From Haloquadratum walsbyi C23 (GTDB lineage Archaea > Halobacteriota > Halobacteria > Halobacteriales > Haloferacaceae): a stretch of 32,000 nt of DNA. The notes below the pieces were generated by a model. The model ran no database searches and was not told where the DNA came from. It saw nothing but the letters and a program-made list of their open reading frames with translations. Below, one piece after another: positions 24,810-32,000 of this stretch. Within the stretch, counting starts at the first letter, position 1; each line of letters starts with the position of its first letter. The stretch lies in NCBI RefSeq assembly GCF_000237865.1, contig NC_017459.1, positions 1,500,001 to 1,532,000 of the forward strand, in the 5' to 3' direction. Made by a program: the position numbers and the translations under genes.

Positions 24810-25262
24810 TTACTCAGATGTCACTCTTCGCTCGAACGAGTTGGGTGCAACGTGCCACATTACCTGTTCAATATCATTCAAGCAGACACTTTGGATGAAC
24901 TCACTTTTCGTACGATATGTTATTTTGAATCCCCAGGTGTCTTGATTGATATACTGTGTTTGATTGATTTGGAAAATCGCCTGATCATCATGTATCGTTG
25001 ATATTGTTTCAAATGTCTCTCGTGCTGCTGAGTGATGCTCTTCCTCAGAGATATTGAGTTTGACTCTGAGCGGTCTCATGCGGTTATTAAAGTGTGCTCT
25101 ATAAAATATGTACTGAGATTGGTTCGTATTAAATATAAAGAGCAAGGAGAATACCTGACTCTTTGATTCTCCTGAAAACTTATTGAGGAATTCAATCCAA
25201 AATCTTGTTATAGAGTAGCTACTGGTACTGTTGTGTAGGACCGATAGTTCAAAATGTTTCAC
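24810..25262 (-). CDS. Hypothetical protein (ORFan-like, non-acidic, in an AT-rich stretch)
   Basis: It is a 150-aa open frame only, with no recognisable motif. The composition is Asn/Gln/Phe/Ile-rich and near-neutral, unlike neighbouring acidic proteins, so it may not be a real gene. Confidence 0.3.
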   Translation of the reverse strand: MKHFELSVLHNSTSSYSITRFWIEFLNKFSGESKSQVFSLLFIFNTNQSQYIFYRAHFNNRMRPLRVKLNISEEEHHSAARETFETISTIHDDQAIFQINQTQYINQDTWGFKITYRTKSEFIQSVCLNDIEQVMWHVAPNSFERRVTSE

Positions 25263-25506
25263 GGAGTACTACAGGGTCAGGATGAATCCGACACTACCCT
25301 ATATCAATCATCATTCGATTGTACGACTGGATATATAACGCCTCAATCGAACATTTAGTATAAAATCTACATGATTTATTATAGATGTATTCCGTGATGC
25401 ACATCCACCGAACCCACCGAGCGAAAATCCTTAATCACAGCCAAGTGGCTGAGATGCTCGACAGGCACGGGTGAAGTGTATCGAAATTCCGGAACATTAT
25501 CAGACC

Positions 25507-25610
25507 TAGTAGCTCACAGAAGAAGTGGGTGCTTGAGTAGACATGCATCAGTCACAATAGTTCTCTCGCATCGACTTAGTGAATTAGTTCACCCAGAAGT
25601 TTGTTGAATC
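25507..25610 (+). repeat. 104-nt direct repeat (partner at 30386..30489, 8 mismatches)
   Basis: tagtagctcacagaagaagtgggtgcttgagtagacatgcatcagtcacaatagttctctcgcatcgacttagtgaattagttcacccagaagtttgttgaatc was aligned base by base to 30386-30489. 96 of 104 positions are identical. Confidence 0.9.
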
Positions 25611-25944
25611 ACTAGGGTCTCGTTCGCACACCAGAAATCTCCGATTTCTGAGGGCGTCTTCAGGCCTGTCTTTTACACATAAGTTCGTGGAGTCGTAACC
25701 GGACGTGTCAGACACTGTCAGAGATATTTTGAACTCAGCAAATCGAGGCGAGAAGCGATTCAGACAGTGATACCGGCTGTGGGGGTGACGGAACGCCGGT
25801 AATCAACTCCACTACAATTGTTCCAAAGAGGTGTTGAAACTGTAGATACCGAGAATTTCAGTCGTGCTCGCCGATCCCGTTCCGCTAAAATCCTGACTCG
25901 AGTTGTGGGTAAGAGACAGGTCTTCAGGCGCGGGAGGATGTCAA
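25507..25944 (+). mobile_element. Copy B: decayed tnpB-like 3' relic with right-end-like terminus
   Basis: It starts with the 104-nt repeat shared with copy C. The + frames read ...GTPVINST... and VETVDTENFSRARRSRSAKILTRVVGKRQVFRRGRMS, resembling the Ser/Thr-Pro-Val-Glu-Thr...SAKRVVE tail of haloarchaeal TnpB proteins as I recall them. It ends in GGAGGATGTCAA (TCAA = 25941-25944). Confidence 0.4.
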
Positions 25945-26088
25945 CTGATGATCTTACGACTCAGAATTGGTCGATAACGCTACTCGGACTGACAAACGTC
26001 ATATACGAATCTGAGAGAACAATTCCACAAGCATTCCACAAGCGTTCAGTACGGAGAGTCGATATTTCTCAGTCGTCTGGTGTTCATT

Positions 26089-27159
26089 TTAGCTAAGTAC
26101 ATTAGGGTTGTCTTGATCAAGTGGGTCTTCAATATCACCGATGATTGTTTCCAGTAGATCGGTGACGGTCACCAACCCGGTGACCTCACCGTCTTCAATG
26201 ACGAGCCCCATCTCTTGTTGTTCTGTCTGGAATTGGTCAATCGCATCGCTCACATCGGTATCGGGCGATAGTGTCATTGTCGGTGCTGCAAGTTCAATTA
26301 ATGCATCATTATCATTAGACAGTTGCTCACGATGACTAAACAAAGCTGGGCTATAGACAATACCATGGAAGTCGCTCAATTCCCCACCGATTAGTGGATA
26401 CCGTGTATGCGGATACTCTTCGAGCTTCTGGAAGTTCGATTCAGGGGAATCCTCAGTTGACAGGCTTATGATGTCATCAGCGGAAATCATAATTTCTCTC
26501 ACCGACTGTTCGCCGATTGTCAACGCATTCATGATCTCCTCACGACGATCCGCAGGTAGTTCGCCCTGTTCAAGTACTGATCCAAGCCGGGTTCGGAGGT
26601 CAGCACGAGTTTCGATGACTTCTTTTTCGGTTTCTGTCCATGCTTGGGTCATCTCGATCCCAAACAGACCGAGTGTTCCCTTCGCAACCGAGTCGCCAAC
26701 CCAGATGGCTGGAGCGAGTATCTTTGCAAACCAGTACAGTACCCGTGCCCCATATTGCGCAACCTGTTTGGAGCGCTCGACACCGAGATACGTGGGCGTC
26801 TGCTCTCCATGTGTCAGGTGGACCAAATTGATGATGAGGAATCCAAGCAGCGAACCAGCCCCGACCGATGCGAGCGTAGTGTTCTCGAATACGGGTTCGA
26901 TCAGAGCCGCTAATCCAGGCTCGGCAATAATCCCAAGCGCAATACTCGTTGCGGAGATCCAAACCTGACAGGTAGTCAGATAAAACTCCAAATCATTGGT
27001 CATCTCCCAAGCGAGTTCAAGTCCGGGTGTGTCGAACTCTGATTTGGGGTACTGTCTGACACGGGTTAATGCAAACTCAATTGCGACAAAGTAGGCGTTC
27101 ACCAAAATAAGAATGATACCACCGAAAATCCGTAATCCAATCTCGAGCGGTTCCATCAT
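26089..27159 (-). CDS. CNNM/HlyC-CorC-family transporter (DUF21 membrane domain plus CBS pair)
   Basis: 356 aa. The N-terminus MMEPLEIGLRIFGGIILILVNAYFVAIEFALTRVRQ is DUF21-like. The C-terminal half has CBS-like repeats (VREIMISADDIISLS...; MGLVIEDGEVTGLVTVTDLLETIIG). No CorC_HlyC tail is apparent. Confidence 0.88.
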   Translation of the reverse strand: MMEPLEIGLRIFGGIILILVNAYFVAIEFALTRVRQYPKSEFDTPGLELAWEMTNDLEFYLTTCQVWISATSIALGIIAEPGLAALIEPVFENTTLASVGAGSLLGFLIINLVHLTHGEQTPTYLGVERSKQVAQYGARVLYWFAKILAPAIWVGDSVAKGTLGLFGIEMTQAWTETEKEVIETRADLRTRLGSVLEQGELPADRREEIMNALTIGEQSVREIMISADDIISLSTEDSPESNFQKLEEYPHTRYPLIGGELSDFHGIVYSPALFSHREQLSNDNDALIELAAPTMTLSPDTDVSDAIDQFQTEQQEMGLVIEDGEVTGLVTVTDLLETIIGDIEDPLDQDNPNVLS

Positions 27160-27268
27160 TGAATTGTAACAATAGTAGACGGAAATAGCTTTGATATTAA
27201 ATAAATGATAAGATAAAATAAACAGAGTCTATGATGTTCTTTTCGGACGCCAAGCCACCGCACATGTC

Positions 27269-28072
27269 TCAGGAAGACTCGATGGTACCCATCAAATCAG
27301 CAATTGATTCAACGATTTTATTCGGTCGATATGCATACTCCGATACGTCTTGGCGGTTGGTTGATCCCGTTAATACAAGATACGTAATTAGACCAGCCTC
27401 AATGCCGGCTACCACATCCGTATCCATTCGATCACCGACCATCGCCGTAGATTTCGAGTGGGCTCCAAGTCGGTTCAACGCACTACGAATCATAATTGGA
27501 TTGGGTTTCCCAACGAAGTATGGGTTCTTGCCAGTGGCCTCCGTGATGAGGGCGGCAACGGAGCCAGTGGCTGGAAGCGGACCCTCAGCCGAAGGAGCCG
27601 TCGCGTCTGGGTTTGTCACGATGAATCGCGCACCCTGGTTGATCAGCCGGACAGCCTCGGTGATGTTCTGAAATGAATATGTCCGACTCTCTCCAAGAAC
27701 GACAAAATCTGGGTTAGTACTGGTAAGCGTGTAGCCCACGTCGTGAAGCGCCGTTTTCAACCCAGCCTCGCCAATTACGTACGCTGAAGCGTCCGGCATT
27801 TGATTCGAGACAAATTGTGCTGTAGCCACAGCTGAGGTCCAAATCCGGTCTTCTGGGATATTAATTCCAACTTCTGAGAGATGAGCAGCTAAATCGCGTC
27901 GTGTGTAAATTGCGTTGTTAGTTAGCACAAGGAACTGACGTTTTTGCTCTCTGAGTTGATGAATAAAATCCTCGGATCCTGGAAGAGCAGTATCGTCACG
28001 TATCAACACGCCGTCCATATCGATCAACCATGTCTCGGGTTGTTTCTCTGTATCAAACATCTTTACCGACAC
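27269..28072 (-). CDS. HAD-superfamily subfamily IIA hydrolase (NagD-like sugar/nucleotide phosphatase)
   Basis: 267 aa with motif I LIDMDGVL, motif II VLTNN, a GKPNP lysine motif and motif IV MVGDRMDTDVVAG. Confidence 0.9.
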   Translation of the reverse strand: MSVKMFDTEKQPETWLIDMDGVLIRDDTALPGSEDFIHQLREQKRQFLVLTNNAIYTRRDLAAHLSEVGINIPEDRIWTSAVATAQFVSNQMPDASAYVIGEAGLKTALHDVGYTLTSTNPDFVVLGESRTYSFQNITEAVRLINQGARFIVTNPDATAPSAEGPLPATGSVAALITEATGKNPYFVGKPNPIMIRSALNRLGAHSKSTAMVGDRMDTDVVAGIEAGLITYLVLTGSTNRQDVSEYAYRPNKIVESIADLMGTIESS

Positions 28073-28390
28073 CTGCAGTTACTCATGCGAGTGACAAACT
28101 TCAGAGTTTATTACATGATAGAGTGTCAGTAATCCAGCCAAACGATCACTACAGCGTGCTGTTGCTCGTATCTACTCGTTTGAGACGAGAACCGACTATT
28201 ATAACGCTTGTAGCGCTGGCTGCTGTGTTGAAGATCTGTATTCAGCGCAGCATCTTCGAGGATATGACCGATTAAGCATTTCAGCACATCACAGATCGAG
28301 TCGTCGATTATCGGTCAGGCGAAGTCCTCTTGACTATCAGATGAGTCCTCCAGAGAGTTTTATCCCAATCGAGACCGGGTTATATAGTAT

Positions 28391-30280
28391 ATGAGTCATG
28401 TTGAAGATACAGAAGAATTGCTTGAGGAGCTTGCAACACTGCCGACGCTCGCCCACCCAACGGTCTCCCCAGACGGGGATCAGGTCGCGTTCTATTATGA
28501 TATCACTGGACGCAACGAGTTGCACATCCTCAATGTCGAGAGTGGTGAGGTAACTCAGTGGAGTGAGAGTGATGTTCCCCGGAATGCCCGATGGCCCATC
28601 AATTGGGCTGCCGACGGAGACAGCGTCTTTTTTCACCTCGATAATAACGGTAACGAGCAAAACGATATCTACCGGATTTCTCAGGATGGCAAGGCTGAGG
28701 CTGTTGTCGAAATGGACGGACAGGTCGCTATCAATGATATTGGTGAGGACGGCGATACACTGATTATTGGCTCCAGCCGCGACGGTCAGATGAATCTGTA
28801 TAATCATGATCTCTCATCCGGCGAGACGGCAAAAATAACCGAGTACGAACGAGCCGCCGCCGGTGCTATTCTTTCACCGGAATGTGATCAAATCGCTTAC
28901 GCGACAAATGAAAGCGACAACTTCGATAATCAGGATATCTACATTGCCGATACAGACGGGGCGACGACGCAAAATCTTGGTATTGGAGATACTGGTGCAG
29001 AAGCCTCGCCTGCTGATTGGGGACCAGACGGAGAGCGTCTTCTTATTTCAGACAACTCGACAGATCTCGGTCGACTTGGTGTTTATGATGTCAATTCTGA
29101 GGAACTAACGTGGTTTGAAAATGATGAATTTGAAGAGAGTCCAAAGGCGTTTCTGCCAGACGGCAAACGTGTCCTCGGCTATCGAAGCCGAGAAGCTGAA
29201 TCTGTCCCAATTATTTACGATAGTGAGACCGGCGAGGCAACCGAGTTTGATCTCCCTGGTGGTGTTGCAAGTTTCGGTACGGAGGCGATTGTGGATAAAA
29301 ATCGAGTTCTTCTGACCCACACTACTCCAACCCAGCGTCCGGAATTACTGATCTATAATATTGAGACACACGAGCACAAGACACTGGTCGAAGCGGAGTA
29401 TGGTCCCTTCAGTACAGATGACTTCGCTGATGCAGACTACATTACTGTCGAATCTGATGGTGTCCCTGAGACTGATCAAGCGGCAGTTGAGCACGATCCC
29501 TATGAGGAGTTTGAGATTGGCGCACTATTATTCGACTCGGGACAGCGTCCGTCGCCACTCATTATTAACCCTCACGGCGGTCCGCGAGCACGCGACACCA
29601 AGCGATTTAATCTTTATAGCCAGGTGTTAGTCTCGCTTGGGTTCTCTGTTTTGCAGGTAAATTACCGTGGCTCGACTGGTCGGGGTCGAGAGTTTGTCGA
29701 AGAACTGTACGACGATTGGGGTGGTGCAGAGCAAGGCGATATCGTCACCATCACTGAACACGTTCTCGATGAGCATGACTGGCTTAATGATGACCAAGTT
29801 GTCGTCTTTGGAGGCTCCTACGGCGGGTATTCCGCGTACTGGCAGATGGTCCAGTATCCAGATCTATATGAGGCTGGAATTGCTTGGATTGGACTGACAG
29901 ATCTTGAGGATATGTTCGAAACCACCATGCCGCACTTCCGGACCGAACTGATGGAGAAATACCTCGGTACGCCCACGGAGAATCCTGAAATCTATGAAGA
30001 GCGGTCTCCGGTAAACTATGTTTCGAACCTTGATGCTCCGATTTTCCTCATCCACGGCGTTAATGACCGACGCGTCCCCATCTCACAGGCTCGCATTTTC
30101 AAAGAGGCTCTTGAGGACCGTGACCTCGAAGAAACCGATGACTATGAGTATAAAGAATTGGGTGAAGAGGGTCACGCTTCCTCAGACCAAGACCAGAAAC
30201 TCCGGACATTTCAAGCACTTGCGGACTTCTTAGACCGTCGGGTCGGTACGAATCCAAAATCTATCGTCGCTGACGACTAA
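28391..30280 (+). CDS. S9-family serine peptidase (prolyl oligopeptidase / acylaminoacyl-peptidase-like) with an N-terminal beta-propeller
   Basis: 629 aa with repeated SPDG/WGPDG propeller-blade motifs. The catalytic-triad contexts are VVFGGSYGGYSAYW (Ser), LIHGVNDRRVP (Asp) and GEEGHAS (His). Confidence 0.92.
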   Translation: MSHVEDTEELLEELATLPTLAHPTVSPDGDQVAFYYDITGRNELHILNVESGEVTQWSESDVPRNARWPINWAADGDSVFFHLDNNGNEQNDIYRISQDGKAEAVVEMDGQVAINDIGEDGDTLIIGSSRDGQMNLYNHDLSSGETAKITEYERAAAGAILSPECDQIAYATNESDNFDNQDIYIADTDGATTQNLGIGDTGAEASPADWGPDGERLLISDNSTDLGRLGVYDVNSEELTWFENDEFEESPKAFLPDGKRVLGYRSREAESVPIIYDSETGEATEFDLPGGVASFGTEAIVDKNRVLLTHTTPTQRPELLIYNIETHEHKTLVEAEYGPFSTDDFADADYITVESDGVPETDQAAVEHDPYEEFEIGALLFDSGQRPSPLIINPHGGPRARDTKRFNLYSQVLVSLGFSVLQVNYRGSTGRGREFVEELYDDWGGAEQGDIVTITEHVLDEHDWLNDDQVVVFGGSYGGYSAYWQMVQYPDLYEAGIAWIGLTDLEDMFETTMPHFRTELMEKYLGTPTENPEIYEERSPVNYVSNLDAPIFLIHGVNDRRVPISQARIFKEALEDRDLEETDDYEYKELGEEGHASSDQDQKLRTFQALADFLDRRVGTNPKSIVADD

Positions 30281-30385
30281 TGACAATTGGTGGCGATTTT
30301 ATGTACTTTATTCAGTGTGACCGATTGGGATACTGCGGAATCTTTGTTCGTTATCATACAGAATCAAGGAGAATACCTGCCGGTT

Positions 30386-30489
30386 TAGTAGTTCACAGAA
30401 GAAGTAGATACTTGAGTAGACATGCATCAGTCAGAATAGTTCTCTCGCATCGAATGAGTGAATCAGTTCACCCAGAAGTTTGTTGAATC
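30386..30489 (+). repeat. 104-nt direct repeat (partner at 25507..25610)
   Basis: 96 of 104 positions are identical to 25507-25610, in the same orientation. Confidence 0.9.
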
Positions 30490-31018
30490 GCTACAGCCGC
30501 AGGATTAATCCGACAACTCGGAGTCAGTCTATGCTACGAAAGCCACTCTGAGACTTGACAATCCGCAACTTAAACTGACAGGCAGTTCCACATATCGGTA
30601 GGAATCAGGCTGGGAACCGAGCGATTCCCTCCAGTCCGCCGATGGCGGCCTGTCCGCCCCAAGCAATGAGACAATAATCCGAACCAGTCAAGTGAACGGT
30701 CGGTTCTGATACTGAATCGACGCAGATGCAAATGCAGTGCCCGACTGCTTGAACATAGCACAGAAATTAACTCCGAGTCCACAGAAGTCTGCCGGATTCT
30801 CCGGCACAACCGACTCCGGGAATCCGAACACGATGGAGAATGGGAGTACCGAGGGCTGAGATGTGGCACTCCCAGCAGTCCCACCCTCCTCGCCACAGTC
30901 CGTGAACCCCACACGGATTCTCACCGCACTGGAGTTCGGTGAGGCTGGAAACCTGAAATCTCCACCATTCACGCTCACGCTCACGATTCCTCCGCGTTTA
31001 CGCCGAGGAGAATGTCAA
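30386..31018 (+). mobile_element. Copy C: decayed tnpB-like 3' relic with right-end-like terminus
   Basis: The 104-nt repeat is followed by aactcggagtcag, which resembles the VNxLGV segment of copies D and E. It is then colinear with copy A (taactccgagtcc at 30768-30780, ggaaacctgaaat, gattcctcc). One + frame reads DVALPAVPPSSPQSVNPTRILTALEFGEAGNLKSPP...PPRLRRGECQS. It ends in GGAGAATGTCAA (TCAA = 31015-31018). All frames are broken by stops. Confidence 0.45.
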
Positions 31019-31417
31019 TCATGTTTGACCTCCTCCCACCGCTTCAGGAGGTGGGATTCCGCTCGCTACGTGTCAGCGACCTGTGTGTATTTTGTGACTG
31101 TCATATAACCGTAGTTCCATCTGTTCCTGAAATGGAGATATTTACCCATATGTCGTTGCTGAGAGGCAGAACGTCCGGGTCATTGACGTGTCAGCACGCG
31201 TTCACGTGCCAGTGTATGTCTCAGTTCAAATAACATTGGCTATATTGCCAACAGCTGATCACCAACACATAAATATCTGGAGCTGCCCCCTTACCGGAGG
31301 TATCAAACAGCAAAGAGTGAGACACGATATTATCAGACATACGTCAGACATATTGCGGAAGATTAACACTGAATGCAGACAGATAGTTGTATATTGGTGA
31401 CTAAAGAGTGAGAAAGC

Positions 31418-31678
31418 ATGTGGTCTAATGAGCCACGGTCGTTGCCCGACTGGGTTGAACAAGGATATCAGATCCTGTCGGTTGAGATTGCAGACGCTGA
31501 TAGTGAGGAACTCGCTCGCGATCGCGCCGGTAGGGAACTCATTGCTCACAGAGAATTTACCGATGAGTTATCCGATGCAGAGTACGCAATTGAGCAATTA
31601 TTGAATTCAGGATGGCTCTACGAAGTCGATGGTAAACTTCGAGTCACGGATCCTGAGTTGGAACACGACGGCGGTTGA
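31418..31678 (+). CDS. Small acidic hypothetical protein (possible wHTH-like C-terminus)
   Basis: 86 aa with haloarchaeal-type acidic composition. The C-terminus reads EYAIEQLLNSGWLYEVDGKLRVTD. No family was recognised. Confidence 0.4.
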   Translation: MWSNEPRSLPDWVEQGYQILSVEIADADSEELARDRAGRELIAHREFTDELSDAEYAIEQLLNSGWLYEVDGKLRVTDPELEHDGG

Positions 31679-31839
31679 ATTTTGAAAGGGACCTCAACGA
31701 AATAACCTCTTTATATAATCAAGAACCTGATAAGTTGCGCACATAGTGGTAGGTTTGACCTCATCGCACGGTTCAGTATGAACGTGATCAGTACAAGGGG
31801 CAAATAACTCATATTGACAGAATGCTCCTCTTTCGCCTC

Positions 31840-31865
31840 GTGAACCGCCTCGGAGTCAAGCCCCG
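31840..31865 (+). repeat. 26-nt match to the minus strand of 19139..19164 (3 mismatches); probable start of a further tnpB-like relic (copy E) running off the window
   Basis: gtgaaccgcctcggagtcaagccccg versus gtgaactgcctcggggtcgagccccg. They translate in frame as VNRLGVKPRG and VNCLGVEPRR, and copy A has VPYVGIKQRV at the equivalent place. Confidence 0.5.
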
Positions 31866-32000
31866 AGGCTTCCCGTGGTTTAGTCGGACACTCCCACTCG
31901 ACCATCGGTAGAACTTGGCGTCGAAAGTATCGAACCGCCAGCCAATCCATTTAATATGAGCGGGACGTTTCCTCATGTGGGACAGATTGAGGCTGCTGAA

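Noticed and set aside
25143-25157. An exact 15-mer, caaggagaatacctg, shared with 30365-30379 just upstream of the copy C repeat. It looked like an extension of the B/C repeat interrupted by a 350-nt insertion in B.
   Set aside because: About one exact 15-mer match is expected by chance among all position pairs of a 32-kb window on both strands, and the flanking bases do not align. I did not use it as evidence.

Overview
This looks like a haloarchaeal chromosomal window. Predicted proteins are strongly acidic, signal peptides are of the Tat/lipobox type (RRxLL...LAGC), GC is only moderate, and there are many long ORF-free spacers. Together these resemble Haloquadratum walsbyi, but that assignment is inference only.

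Gene content, left to right:
- 1-3920 (-): a four-gene ABC importer operon. The ATPase runs off the left edge and is missing from the ORF track. It is followed by two permeases and a Tat-lipoprotein binding protein.
- 4435-5232 (-): a MOSC-domain protein.
- 5233-6946: a decayed zone containing a truncated lipoprotein ORF and a relic that resembles the 3' end of an IS200/IS605-type tnpB gene.
- 6947-9571 (-): a P1B heavy-metal ATPase with two HMA domains.
- 9901-10961: a divergent pair, a DUF4258-like protein and a DUF4385-like protein.
- 11310-17849 (+): four translationally coupled genes, namely a transglutaminase-like envelope protein, a 2-TM protein, a DUF58 protein and a polytopic membrane protein. 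A convergent MoxR AAA+ ATPase lies at 18054-19034 (-).
- 19541-21716 (-): a cluster of a 4-TM protein, an NTF2-like protein and two membrane-anchored bacterial-PH-domain proteins.
- 22200-24699: a wHTH protein, a PNPOx-like protein, an HtrA-type protease pseudogene and a GNAT acetyltransferase.
- 26089-30280: a CNNM/DUF21-CBS transporter, a HAD-IIA phosphatase and an S9 peptidase. This block is bracketed by two further tnpB-like relics in direct orientation.

No rRNA, tRNA or CRISPR array was seen.

The two observations most worth follow-up are:
1. The uncharacterised MoxR/DUF58/transglutaminase/membrane-protein module.
2. A family of at least four or five decayed, ORF-less tnpB-like relics. 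Three keep an identical terminal ...GGRGRATGTCAA and could be orphan guide-RNA (omega-RNA/sotRNA) loci.

All family assignments come from motif recognition by eye. No searches were run.
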